Positions 8,994 through 17,934 of a DNA stretch of 64,000 bases are shown here, piece after piece. The translations under genes were made by a program, and so were the position numbers. The notes below the pieces were generated by a model that worked only from the letters and a program-made list of their open reading frames with translations, was not told where the DNA came from and made no database searches. The DNA comes from a virus, in IMG/VR virus record IMGVR_UViG_3300025732_000017. One strand, written 5' to 3'. Each line of letters opens with the position of its first letter. The first letter of the stretch is position 1.

Positions 8994-9275
8994 ATGTCTA
9001 CAATTGGAAACAATAGTGGTGTTCCTTCTCTGGATCCAGAGGAGATCAAGAAGATTGTTGATGCCGTCAATGTCATCAATGATAGCATGACGCGAGTTGC
9101 TGCCGAGCGTGATCTTGTAAAAGAGACAGTCAATAGGATTCATGAGGAAACAGGTTTTCCTAAGAAGCTGTTGCGTCGTATTGCAAAGACACATTATCAG
9201 AGATCCTTTGAAATGGATCTACAAGAAAATCGTGACTTTGAAAGCACATACGAGACGATCACCAACAAGAAGTAA
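8994..9275 (+). CDS. dsbA: T4 DsbA-like dsDNA-binding protein
   Basis: 93-aa helical protein; SMTRVAAERDLVKE..EETGFPKKLLRRIAKTHY..F..E...YETI matches the DsbA pattern. Confidence 0.65.
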   Translation: MSTIGNNSGVPSLDPEEIKKIVDAVNVINDSMTRVAAERDLVKETVNRIHEETGFPKKLLRRIAKTHYQRSFEMDLQENRDFESTYETITNKK

Positions 9276-9280
9276 GTTCT

Positions 9281-9700
9281 ATGGCTAAACAGAGATACGC
9301 CACATGCACTTGTGAAGGTTGTTACGTCAGATTGCCAAAAAATGAGGCATATTATGATGATGTAACAGTTGAAATAGGTGGATGGGAAGGATCTTCTGAA
9401 GGCTCTTACTCTGGAAGTGGGCGTAGATCATCCAAAAATAATTATGGTTGGTCTAGTTATGGGTCTACTCGTAGTTCCAGTTCCAGTAGAACACATTATC
9501 GGCATCGTAGATTGTGGTACTGTTTTGACTGCTACAATAATCTGCTAGAAGCAAGAGTAAAGGCCGAAGAGGAAAGAGAAGAGCGAGAAAGACGAGAAGC
9601 TGAAAGAAGAAGACTTGAAAAAGAGCAGAGAAGACCCTTTGTTATCTTCATTTGGTTCTGTATAATAACCCTCATCATCATGTTGTTCGCAAAGCCGTAG
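9281..9700 (+). CDS. Hypothetical membrane-anchored Zn-finger-like protein
   Basis: Two CxxC pairs (CEGC, CFDC) flanking a Ser/Gly-rich loop, an E/R coiled coil and a C-terminal hydrophobic helix. Confidence 0.55.
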   Translation: MAKQRYATCTCEGCYVRLPKNEAYYDDVTVEIGGWEGSSEGSYSGSGRRSSKNNYGWSSYGSTRSSSSSRTHYRHRRLWYCFDCYNNLLEARVKAEEEREERERREAERRRLEKEQRRPFVIFIWFCIITLIIMLFAKP

Positions 9701-9710
9701 GAGATTTGGA

Positions 9711-10652
9711 ATGTCTAATAATGATCAATTCTTGTGGACCGAGAAGTATCGCCCACAGAAAGTTGCAGATTGCATTCTACCAGAAAGCATCAAGAGTGCA
9801 TTTCAGGAATATGTAAATCAAAAAAACATTCCAAATCTTCTTTTGACAGGTGGTCCTGGCGTTGGTAAGACGACTATCGCCAAGGCCATGTGCAATGAAG
9901 TTGGTTGTGACTTCATGGTCATCAATGGTTCGGATGAACGAGGCATTGATGTTCTTCGTACCAAGATCAAGACGTATGCATCTTCCATGAGTTTTTCTGG
10001 CGGCAGAAAAGTCGTCATCATTGATGAAGCGGACTATCTAACGCCAGAAGCACAAGCAGCCATGCGAGCTGCTATTGAAGAGTTTGCATCCAATTGTTCT
10101 TTCATCTTTACCTGCAATTACAAGGCTCGCTTGATTGAAGCCATTCATTCACGTTGTTCCGTGATTGAGTTCAAGATCAAGAATGGCAACAAGGTGAAGA
10201 TGGCGGCTGGCTTTCTAAAAAGAATTCAGAGTATTCTTGATCAGGAAAAGATCAAGTATGACAATGGTGCTCTTGTTCAGATCATTCAAAAGCACTTTCC
10301 AGACTATCGTCGCGTATTGAATGAGTTGCAGAGATATGCCGTTCGTGGCGAGATTGACTCTGGCGTACTTGCACAAGTTGGTGATGTCAACCTCAAGGAA
10401 CTTGTTGGTTTCTTGAAGGAGAAAGACTTCACGGCTATGCGTAAGTGGGTTGCGACAAACTCTGATGCTGATCAAAACAAGATCTTCCGTCAGATCTATG
10501 ATGCGATGTATGATACCATGCAGCCACAGTCTATTCCACAGGCTGTGATCGTGTTGGCTGATTATCAATACAAGTCGGCGTTTGTTGCTGATCAAGAAAT
10601 CAACATGGTTGCATGTTTGACAACCATCATGATGGAGTGTTCGTTTAAATAA
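9711..10652 (+). CDS. gp44: Clamp loader ATPase subunit (T4 gp44)
   Basis: LWTEKYRP, GGPGVGKTT, IIDEAD, FIFTCN, IHSRC, FPDYRR, DQEIN. Confidence 0.95.
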   Translation: MSNNDQFLWTEKYRPQKVADCILPESIKSAFQEYVNQKNIPNLLLTGGPGVGKTTIAKAMCNEVGCDFMVINGSDERGIDVLRTKIKTYASSMSFSGGRKVVIIDEADYLTPEAQAAMRAAIEEFASNCSFIFTCNYKARLIEAIHSRCSVIEFKIKNGNKVKMAAGFLKRIQSILDQEKIKYDNGALVQIIQKHFPDYRRVLNELQRYAVRGEIDSGVLAQVGDVNLKELVGFLKEKDFTAMRKWVATNSDADQNKIFRQIYDAMYDTMQPQSIPQAVIVLADYQYKSAFVADQEINMVACLTTIMMECSFK

Positions 10653-11227
10653 TGCTAAATCCTAGACAGCTTAAAGTATTAAAGTCGTTTAATTGGAATA
10701 ATATATTTTCCGATGCTCTTGCATGTGATGCCTTAAACGAGGCTCAAAATAGATTTTTGAAAGGTAGAATCATAGAGAAATCGATTGAATGGAATAGTAA
10801 TGGTCATTTGACATACATTGGTGATAAGCATAAGGATTTTGATTGGGTCGAAGAGAAATTTGAAGTTGAAATGAAAAGTGTAACATCTTATAGGATTTAT
10901 GGTAAAAAAGGTCAGATAAAAGGAAAATTTGAAATACTACTTAGCAGTGTGATGGGCAATAAGAAACAGACACCTATTGAATCCGAAATATGCGATCTTA
11001 TATTGATACTTTATCGTGATGGTGCATTTGTTCTTGAGAAAGAAAATGTACTTAAAAACATACAATCTTATGAGGATGGATTACGAGTTAGAGGACATAC
11101 GTCATGCTTGATTCCATTGACTGGATTAATTCAAGAGAAAAATATTGTAAAGAATCCAAAGTTTTTGAATTTTCCTATTCACTTGAATAAATTGATAGAG
11201 AGTGCTATAAAAGATTCATATGCTTGA
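10652..11227 (+). CDS. Hypothetical protein, possibly a PD-(D/E)xK nuclease
   Basis: AT-rich 191-aa insertion between gp44 and gp62. KDFD...EVEMKS resembles a D...ExK active site. Confidence 0.5.
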   Translation: MLNPRQLKVLKSFNWNNIFSDALACDALNEAQNRFLKGRIIEKSIEWNSNGHLTYIGDKHKDFDWVEEKFEVEMKSVTSYRIYGKKGQIKGKFEILLSSVMGNKKQTPIESEICDLILILYRDGAFVLEKENVLKNIQSYEDGLRVRGHTSCLIPLTGLIQEKNIVKNPKFLNFPIHLNKLIESAIKDSYA

Positions 11228-11238
11228 GGTTTATGATA

Positions 11239-11667
11239 ATGGACTTGTTTAAAGATATTTTACCATCAATTCAAAAGACAAAGAAGGATTTGTCAGATGA
11301 GCCAGACTTTAAAAAGTCGTATAATGCATTTGTGGTCAATCGTGCGCTATCATATCATGTGGATTCTATACTCCACGCCAATGAAATGAATAGTAGGCAT
11401 GGATTGGACGAAAATCTACAATATCATTTTTATCTAAATAGTATACGATCTATGAAACGCAAGTTTCAGCCGTGGGTCAAAAAAGAGAAGAATGATATTC
11501 TGGAGGCCGTAAAAGAGTACTACCAGTTTTCCAGCGCAAAGGCATTAGAGGCGATGCGTCTTCTCTCCACTGATCAGGTTGATCATATAATAAGTATAAC
11601 AAAAAAAGGTGGAGTGGGTAATGTGGAGCGTAGAAGACATGGTGGAGGTGACGCTAAAAGAGCGTGA
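11239..11667 (+). CDS. gp62: Clamp loader small subunit (T4 gp62)
   Basis: YNAFVVNRALSYH.D, QYHFYLNSI, VKEYYQFS..KA.EA..LL, KGG. Start chosen by GAGG spacing; 11233 is an alternative. Confidence 0.88.
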   Translation: MDLFKDILPSIQKTKKDLSDEPDFKKSYNAFVVNRALSYHVDSILHANEMNSRHGLDENLQYHFYLNSIRSMKRKFQPWVKKEKNDILEAVKEYYQFSSAKALEAMRLLSTDQVDHIISITKKGGVGNVERRRHGGGDAKRA

Positions 11668-12028
11668 TGACTTCCTAAAGGTCAAGGAAACATTGACCAG
11701 AATTGGCGTAGCCTCAAAGAAGGATCAGACACTCTATCAATCTTGTCATATTCTTCACAAGCAGGGTAAGTACTATATCGCACATTTCAAGGAGTTATTT
11801 GCACTTGATGGCAAGCCAACAAATTTCTCCGAAGGCGATATTGCAAGAAGAAACTCAATTGCAAATCTATTGGCTGAATGGGGTCTTGTTGGGCTAGTAA
11901 AGCCAGAGAGAACAGCAGATCCAGTATCGCCACTAAATCAAATCAAGATACTGGCCTTCAAAGACAAAAATGATTGGCAACTTGTAGCAAAATATAATAT
12001 TGGTAAGAAAAAGATTGAAACTGAATAA
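11621..12028 (+). CDS. regA: Translational repressor RegA
   Basis: DDFLKVKETLTRIGVAS, LYQSCHILHKQGKYYIAHFKELFALDG. Confidence 0.95.
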   Translation: MWSVEDMVEVTLKERDDFLKVKETLTRIGVASKKDQTLYQSCHILHKQGKYYIAHFKELFALDGKPTNFSEGDIARRNSIANLLAEWGLVGLVKPERTADPVSPLNQIKILAFKDKNDWQLVAKYNIGKKKIETE

Positions 12029-12045
12029 TTGAAGGAGTTTATATC

Positions 12046-12591
12046 ATGGCAACAAAATTGAAGTACTACAAGATACATCCGCAAGTACAAGCACCAGTCT
12101 ATTCAACGACTGATGCTGCTTGTTTTGATATCTTTCTATGTACATTTGGTGTAATGTCGTTTGAAGGATATGATGATACGGGAAAGAAGTTTAGTCGGCT
12201 ATTAACAAGCGATGGTGGTGTAACGATATGTCCAAGAGATCGTGTGCTTGCACCCACTGGATTGATCTTTGATATTCCAAAAGAATACTCAGTACGCATT
12301 CATCCTCGCTCGGGTCTTTCCTTGAAAGAGGGTCTAACGCTTGCAAATGCTGAAGGTGTAATTGATTCTGATTATATGGAAGAAACTTTCGTCATGTTGA
12401 CAAACATTACAACTAGAAACATAGTTGTACCCAATCTATCTAGAATTTGTCAAGGTGAACTTGTACGCAATAATAGAGCAGCATTTGAAGAAGTAAAGGC
12501 AAGACCAACACGCGATAACACAAATCGTAAGGGCGGATTTGGTTCTACAGGCACAAAGGTACTTGACAATCCTACTGCGAATACTATATAA
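12046..12591 (+). CDS. dut: Trimeric dUTPase
   Basis: HPRSGL, GVIDSDY, RICQG, RKGGFGSTG. Confidence 0.92.
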   Translation: MATKLKYYKIHPQVQAPVYSTTDAACFDIFLCTFGVMSFEGYDDTGKKFSRLLTSDGGVTICPRDRVLAPTGLIFDIPKEYSVRIHPRSGLSLKEGLTLANAEGVIDSDYMEETFVMLTNITTRNIVVPNLSRICQGELVRNNRAAFEEVKARPTRDNTNRKGGFGSTGTKVLDNPTANTI

Positions 12592-12592
12592 T
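12563..12592 (+). promoter_or_regulatory. Promoter for hsp20
   Basis: TTGACA-N18-TATAAT. It can also be read as CTTGAC-N16-CTATAT, similar to alphaproteobacterial RpoH promoters. Confidence 0.6.
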
Positions 12593-12597
12593 ATACA

Positions 12598-12651
12598 GAC
12601 TAGCGCCAAATGGGCTAGTCGTTTTCAACTTGCTTAAAAGGAGTTAACATG
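12598..12651 (+). promoter_or_regulatory. ROSE-like RNA thermometer in the hsp20 5' UTR
   Basis: 5' hairpin GACTAGC..GCTAGTC, then AAC-TTGCT-TAAA-AGGAG-TT in which UUGCU pairs with the SD and leaves a bulged G. Confidence 0.6.
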
Positions 12652-13101
12652 ACATTCGCATACGGTCGTAATCTGCTTCCTTCAACTGTTGGTTTTGATA
12701 GACTTCTATCTACTCTAGATGAAGCACTAAATATTCCCGAGAAGGTACTTACCTCTTATCCTCCATACAACATCGCTAAAGTTAGCGAAGACAAGTATGT
12801 AATTGAATTGGCAGTTGCCGGATTCAAGAGAGAAGAGATTGATATCACTCTTGAGGATAGCAAACTAACAATTCAGGGAAACGCAAAGAAAGATGAGGAC
12901 GGAAGTAAAACTTATTACCATCGTGGCATTGCTCTTCGTAATTTTACCCGTGTATTTACTCTCGCTGATACGGTAGTAGTAAATAGTGCTGATCTTGTTG
13001 ATGGAATGCTTGTAGTTGAACTACAGAATATCATTCCAGAAAGCAAGAAGCCAAGAAAGATTTCCTTGGGCGGCACACAAAAAGTTCTCGCTTCAGAATA
13101 A
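12649..13101 (+). CDS. hsp20: Small heat shock protein (IbpA/Hsp20 family)
   Basis: VGFDRL, YPPYNI, ELAVAGFK, HRGIA.RNF.R.F.L, DGML.V.L..IIPE..KPRKI. Confidence 0.93.
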   Translation: MTFAYGRNLLPSTVGFDRLLSTLDEALNIPEKVLTSYPPYNIAKVSEDKYVIELAVAGFKREEIDITLEDSKLTIQGNAKKDEDGSKTYYHRGIALRNFTRVFTLADTVVVNSADLVDGMLVVELQNIIPESKKPRKISLGGTQKVLASE

Positions 13102-13107
13102 TTTCTG

Positions 13108-13115
13108 AATAAATA
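13108..13115 (+). promoter_or_regulatory. T4-type late promoter-like site
   Basis: AATAAATA in the intergenic region after hsp20. Confidence 0.35.
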
Positions 13116-13140
13116 ATCACACTTATTTCAACAACTAACC

Positions 13141-13176
13141 AGTCACCGTGGGCAATATCGTTCACGGTGACTTTCT
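13141..13176 (+). terminator. Hairpin, probable terminator after hsp20
   Basis: AGTCACCGTG-N12-CACGGTGACT followed by TTCT. Confidence 0.5.
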
Positions 13177-13195
13177 ATCTAGAAAGGATACTTTG

Positions 13196-13552
13196 ATGGA
13201 ACAATACTGGGGTTATCACGCCATGCTTGATTGTCGCGCCTGCGATATTGAGTCAATCAAGAGTTATGATAATGTCTATAATTTTGCCAAAAGTCTTGTG
13301 AATGCCATTGATATGAAAGCCTTTGGAGAACCCCAGATTGTTCATTTTGGTGAGGGAAACAAAGCAGGATTTACTCTTGTTCAGCTCATTGAAACAAGCA
13401 ATATCTGTGCTCATTTCTGCAATGACACGGGCGATGCCTACATTGATGTATTTTCTTGCAAGCCATATGATCGTGATGTAGTTCGCGACGAGATCATCAA
13501 GTTCTTCAAGCCTCGTCAGATTACAGTAAACTATCTTGAAAGACAGGCATGA
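13196..13552 (+). CDS. S-adenosylmethionine decarboxylase-like pyruvoyl enzyme (divergent paralog)
   Basis: GYHAMLD, GFTLVQLIETSNICAHF, YIDVFSCK. AAGGA RBS before ATG 13196. Confidence 0.75.
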   Translation: MEQYWGYHAMLDCRACDIESIKSYDNVYNFAKSLVNAIDMKAFGEPQIVHFGEGNKAGFTLVQLIETSNICAHFCNDTGDAYIDVFSCKPYDRDVVRDEIIKFFKPRQITVNYLERQA

Positions 13553-13555
13553 GAG

Positions 13556-13903
13556 ATGAGCGGTGTATCATATATGGGTCGGCATGTTATTGCTGATCTA
13601 CATGATGTATCGGCTGAAGTTCTTGGCTCAATTGATTTTTGGAAAGAAATCCTAATCGATGGAGCCAAGAAATCAGGTGCAACAGTTCTAAGCGATCACT
13701 TTCATCATTTTGGTGAGGGTTATGGCATTACTGGTGTAATTGTCTTGGCCGAGAGTCATATTTCAATTCATACATGGCCTGAAAAAAACTATGCTGCAAT
13801 TGATGTGTTTATGTGTGGTACTTGTGATCCTGAAGTTGCAGTAGATCATATTACGAGCAAGATAAATACTTTTGTCAAGAAAGACTTGATTTATCGTAAG
13901 TGA
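13556..13903 (+). CDS. speD: S-adenosylmethionine decarboxylase proenzyme (class 1b)
   Basis: GRHVIADL, GITGVIVLAESHISIHTWPE, AIDVFMCG. Confidence 0.9.
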   Translation: MSGVSYMGRHVIADLHDVSAEVLGSIDFWKEILIDGAKKSGATVLSDHFHHFGEGYGITGVIVLAESHISIHTWPEKNYAAIDVFMCGTCDPEVAVDHITSKINTFVKKDLIYRK

Positions 13904-13939
13904 TTTGATATACTGCATTTGAGTTTTGGAGATTTTATC

Positions 13940-14263
13940 ATGAGATATATTGGATACTCAGTCTCTCGTTGTATACGCGACATAGTAAAGAAGCGTGTCA
14001 ATATCTACGCAGTAGAAGTTATCATTGGTCGTACCTCAATAGAAAATGAGCAGCATGTAGCAGAAGTTGCTCGCGGATATCACAGTCTACCAAAGGGCGA
14101 TTATCGTTCTTGGAATGATTTGGATTATGATGCATGTCATGGAGTTCTTCTGGAACTGTATCGTGATGGTAAGTTACATCAGCCAAGATTGTTTGGTAAG
14201 TATCCAATTCGCATGGACAATCATTGGGGTGTGATTGCTCCGTTTCCCATGAGCGCATTCTGA
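13940..14263 (+). CDS. Hypothetical protein
   Basis: GGAG RBS and coupling to the next gene through TGATG. No motif recognised. Confidence 0.55.
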   Translation: MRYIGYSVSRCIRDIVKKRVNIYAVEVIIGRTSIENEQHVAEVARGYHSLPKGDYRSWNDLDYDACHGVLLELYRDGKLHQPRLFGKYPIRMDNHWGVIAPFPMSAF

Positions 14264-14988
14264 TGAGAGCCGTTGTTATAATTCCAACAACAGGCGACAA
14301 AAAAGTCCTAGAAGCAATCAAGAGCGTCGAAAATCAAACTTATGCTGATACGAGTTATCTCGTCGTTGTTGATGGTAACAAGTTCAAGCATAAGTTTGAT
14401 GATCTGTTTGTAAATTCTGATCCATACATGCCACCTAAAGATGTCGTGTATCTAAAGCACAACACAGGTGCTGATGGATTCTACGGTCATCGCATATATG
14501 CAGGATTCTCGCATCTGGTGAATGAAGATATTGTTCTCTTTCTTGATCAGGACAATTGGTTTGAGCCAGATCATGTTGAAAAACTTATAAGCATAATTCA
14601 AACTGAAAATCTTACATGGGCTCATAGCCTTCGCAACATCTATGACAAAGACAACAATTTTCTTTGTCGTGATGATTGCGAAAGTTTAGGTAAATGGCCT
14701 GTGTGGAATGGTCTAGATAATTTTCATGTAGACACATCTGCATATGCATTTCGTCGTGAATTCATATCTCAAGTCGCATCGCTTTGGCACTCTGGTTATG
14801 CTGGTGATCGTCGCTTTTTCAATATGGTTAGAACAATACCAAATGCGCCATATGGCACAAGTGGTGCATACACATTGAATTATAGACTTGATGGTAATCC
14901 AAATTCAGCGTCACCCGACTTCTTTCTTCATGGCAATAGAGTCATGGAGCAAAAATATTATGGAAAATATCCTTGGAGAAAAGCATGA
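14263..14988 (+). CDS. Glycosyltransferase family 2-like
   Basis: VIIPTTG, YLVVVDG, LFLDQDNWF, VDTS, GDRRF. Confidence 0.8.
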   Translation: MRAVVIIPTTGDKKVLEAIKSVENQTYADTSYLVVVDGNKFKHKFDDLFVNSDPYMPPKDVVYLKHNTGADGFYGHRIYAGFSHLVNEDIVLFLDQDNWFEPDHVEKLISIIQTENLTWAHSLRNIYDKDNNFLCRDDCESLGKWPVWNGLDNFHVDTSAYAFRREFISQVASLWHSGYAGDRRFFNMVRTIPNAPYGTSGAYTLNYRLDGNPNSASPDFFLHGNRVMEQKYYGKYPWRKA

Positions 14989-15563
14989 GTAACATAAAAA
15001 TTGAATATATGCAACAGTATGGCTCTGGTAAGATATTTGTAGAGACTGGAACATATCTTGGAGATACCGTTGAACTTGCATTGAATGCAGGATTTGAGTA
15101 TGTACATACTATTGAAGTGGATCAAGGTATGTATGATAAGTGTCACGCACGATTCAAGGATAATTCTAAGGTCAAGTTGTGGCTTGGTGATTCGGTAGAT
15201 ATCATTCCACAGATTGTTGATGAATTGATAGAACCAGCAACATTTTGGCTTGATGCTCATGCAAGTGGTCCACTTCAAGGTGGTCGTTATGCACCATGTC
15301 CACTTGTGCTGGAACTTGAAGCAATCTATGGAAAGAAGAAGTTGCGTTTTACTGAACGTGGCTCTGAAATGTTTCGCGAAAAGTCTTCAATAGATACACA
15401 CACGATCATGATTGATGATCGGCGTCTATTGGGTTCTGCTGAATGGGGATATGTGCAAGAGAAGCAGATCATGGATCTTCTATTTGCAATCAATCCAAAC
15501 TATAAGATTCATTATCTTGATGGTCATCAAGCCAATGATATCATTTGTGCTACGGTGAGATAA
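14985..15563 (+). CDS. Class I SAM-dependent methyltransferase-like protein
   Basis: FVETGTYLGDT, HTIE, GDS, FWLDAH, IMIDD.R. Confidence 0.65.
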   Translation: MSNIKIEYMQQYGSGKIFVETGTYLGDTVELALNAGFEYVHTIEVDQGMYDKCHARFKDNSKVKLWLGDSVDIIPQIVDELIEPATFWLDAHASGPLQGGRYAPCPLVLELEAIYGKKKLRFTERGSEMFREKSSIDTHTIMIDDRRLLGSAEWGYVQEKQIMDLLFAINPNYKIHYLDGHQANDIICATVR

Positions 15564-15564
15564 C

Positions 15565-16428
15565 ATGAAAGATCTTATTTTAGGATGCATCACAAATTAC
15601 ACTTTTGACAAGATTGCAAACTGGGTCAATTCAATTGAACGTTCGGGCTTTACTGGACACAAAGTTGTCATTGCATATAATGTTGGATTTGACATTGTAG
15701 ATGAACTAACAAAAAGAAACTTTACTGTAGTCACTTTCAATCGTGATGACGCGAATAGACGATTTACATATCGTGAAAATTTCAATATTGTCGTTGATCG
15801 TTTCTATCATTCTTGGAAAGTATTGAGTGATATTGAAAACGAGGTGCGATATGTGATAGCCACGGATGTTAGAGATGTTGTTTTTCAAACAAATCCTACA
15901 GAATGGTTAGATAGTCTTTTGCCCTCAGAATTTAATACGTTAATTGCATCAACCGAAGGGATTAGATATAAGAATGAAGTTTGGGGAAACAACAATATGA
16001 AGTTGAGTTTTCCTTTCGTTCATGAATACATGATGAATAGGGGCATTTATAATGCGGGTGTCATGGCAGGAAAAGTGTCTGTAATCAAGGATTTGTTCTT
16101 GAATATATTCATGATCTGTGCTAATATGCCTCATACTATTCCTGGTGGAGGTGGACCAGATCAAGCTGCATATAACGTATTGCTAACAATGAATCAGTAT
16201 GAAAATATCACACGATTTACTATTGCCAAAGATGCATGGGCAGCACAACTTGGAACAGTTGCTGATCCAAACAAGATAAATCAGTACAGACCATACTTGA
16301 CAGACTTTGAGCCAGTCATTCAAAACGGCGAAGTCTTCAATAACGAAGGTCGTAAGTACTGCATTGTTCATCAATACGATAGAGTGCCGAATCTTCTTCC
16401 ACTAATTAATTCAAAATATGGAACATGA
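15565..16428 (+). CDS. Nucleotide-diphospho-sugar transferase-like (GT-A) protein
   Basis: VIATDVRDVVFQ.NP, NAGVMAG, DQAAYN, IVHQYDR. Confidence 0.6.
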   Translation: MKDLILGCITNYTFDKIANWVNSIERSGFTGHKVVIAYNVGFDIVDELTKRNFTVVTFNRDDANRRFTYRENFNIVVDRFYHSWKVLSDIENEVRYVIATDVRDVVFQTNPTEWLDSLLPSEFNTLIASTEGIRYKNEVWGNNNMKLSFPFVHEYMMNRGIYNAGVMAGKVSVIKDLFLNIFMICANMPHTIPGGGGPDQAAYNVLLTMNQYENITRFTIAKDAWAAQLGTVADPNKINQYRPYLTDFEPVIQNGEVFNNEGRKYCIVHQYDRVPNLLPLINSKYGT

Positions 16429-16429
16429 C

Positions 16430-17065
16430 ATGTCAGATGTAATTAGAATCAATACTGCAACAAACGCTTTTCAAAAAGTTGAAAGACCATTAACGATTGC
16501 CGAATATAAAGAGCAAGGAAAATGGCCATTTGATTTTATTTCTGGAAAAGGTCTTGTTAGTGTAATCAACAATCTATCTGTAAGTCTAGATAGAAATGTT
16601 GTTGGACTAGAAATTGGTATTTGTAAAGGTGAAAACATTGTTCACTTCTTTGAACAGACAAATAGAATCGACAAGATTCATTGTATTGATCCATATCTAC
16701 CATACATGGATTGGGTTGGACCAGTAACGCAAGAGGATATGGATCTATGGTATGATATCACGATGAAGAATTTTGCTCCGTACATGGACAAGATCGTGAT
16801 GTACAAGGACACATCAGACAATTGCGTAAGCAAGTTTAAAGATGGACAATTTGACTACATCTTCATAGATGGCGATCATTCATATGAAGGTGTTATTAAA
16901 GACTTATATAATTATTATGACAAGTTAAGAGTTGGTGGTATTTTTTCTGGTCATGATATTAATCTTCCAGACGTTCAAAGAGCATTGAAAGAGTTTAGAT
17001 CAATAAAGGGTATTGAAAAAGAAATGAAGTTTACTGATGTAAACGTTTGGTACTGGGTAAAGTAA
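16430..17065 (+). CDS. Class I SAM methyltransferase (Methyltransf_24-like)
   Basis: GLEIGICKGE, CIDPY, FDYIFIDGDHSYE, GGIFSGHD. Confidence 0.8.
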   Translation: MSDVIRINTATNAFQKVERPLTIAEYKEQGKWPFDFISGKGLVSVINNLSVSLDRNVVGLEIGICKGENIVHFFEQTNRIDKIHCIDPYLPYMDWVGPVTQEDMDLWYDITMKNFAPYMDKIVMYKDTSDNCVSKFKDGQFDYIFIDGDHSYEGVIKDLYNYYDKLRVGGIFSGHDINLPDVQRALKEFRSIKGIEKEMKFTDVNVWYWVK

Positions 17066-17934
17066 TGCAAAAGAAACCATTGAAACTTGGATTTGTTGAC
17101 GTATGCACATCCGAGTTTTATGAGACGATTCTATCTCAAAGATATGACTTGACGATAGATAATGAAAATCCAGATTTTCTTTTCTTTGGTGATGAAAACT
17201 TTGGAACAAAAAATCTCCAATACTCAAAAGATAAGTGCATAAAGATTTTTCATACTGGCGAAAATCGTAGACCAGAAAATTATGATTGTCATTATGCCAC
17301 GACTTTTGATCATAATCCTAATCCATGGCATTATAGATTACCTGGTTATGCTTTGGTTCCATTCTTCTATAAGAAATTTGAGTTTACACATATTTTTAAT
17401 GCACACAACATCAAGCATCTAAAAACAAAGTTTTGTGTGTTTATACATCGCAATCCAAACAACAATGTGCGAAATGCTGTATTTCATGAACTATGCAAGT
17501 ATAAGAAAGTTGATAGTGCCGGACCATTATTTAATAATATTGGACATGTAATTAGTCCAGACTATGATGCAAAACTTGATTTTATCAAGAACTACAAGTT
17601 TGTTCTTTCATTTGAGAATAGTCCACATCCAGGATATGTGACTGAAAAGATAATGGATGGATTCTATGTCAATTCGGTTCCAATCTACTGGGGTTCATCT
17701 ACGATAGATCTAGACTTCAATGAAGCATCTTTCATCAATGCGGGAAATTTTGATTCAATGGAATCATTCATCAATTATGTAATCAAGATTGATAACGATG
17801 ATACACTATACAACAACATGATTTCACAACCAAAACTAAAGCATGGTCTTCCCCCTTCGTGCATGATTTATGATAATTTCTTGAATTGGTTTGATGCTAT
17901 TGTATACAATAAATTATATCCGAGAGTGAAATGA
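17065..17934 (+). CDS. Alpha-1,3-fucosyltransferase-like (GT10)
   Basis: KFCVFIHRN, YKKVDSAG, YKFVLSFENS..PGYVTEKI, PIYWG. Confidence 0.85.
   Translation: MQKKPLKLGFVDVCTSEFYETILSQRYDLTIDNENPDFLFFGDENFGTKNLQYSKDKCIKIFHTGENRRPENYDCHYATTFDHNPNPWHYRLPGYALVPFFYKKFEFTHIFNAHNIKHLKTKFCVFIHRNPNNNVRNAVFHELCKYKKVDSAGPLFNNIGHVISPDYDAKLDFIKNYKFVLSFENSPHPGYVTEKIMDGFYVNSVPIYWGSSTIDLDFNEASFINAGNFDSMESFINYVIKIDNDDTLYNNMISQPKLKHGLPPSCMIYDNFLNWFDAIVYNKLYPRVK

Noticed and set aside
11433-11440. TCTAAATA as a late promoter for regA
   Set aside because: It falls on the conserved YLNS codons of gp62, so it may be coding-driven.
13148-13195. GTG-started N-terminal extension of the first AdoMetDC homolog
   Set aside because: It overlaps the hairpin; the RBS and homology favour ATG 13196.
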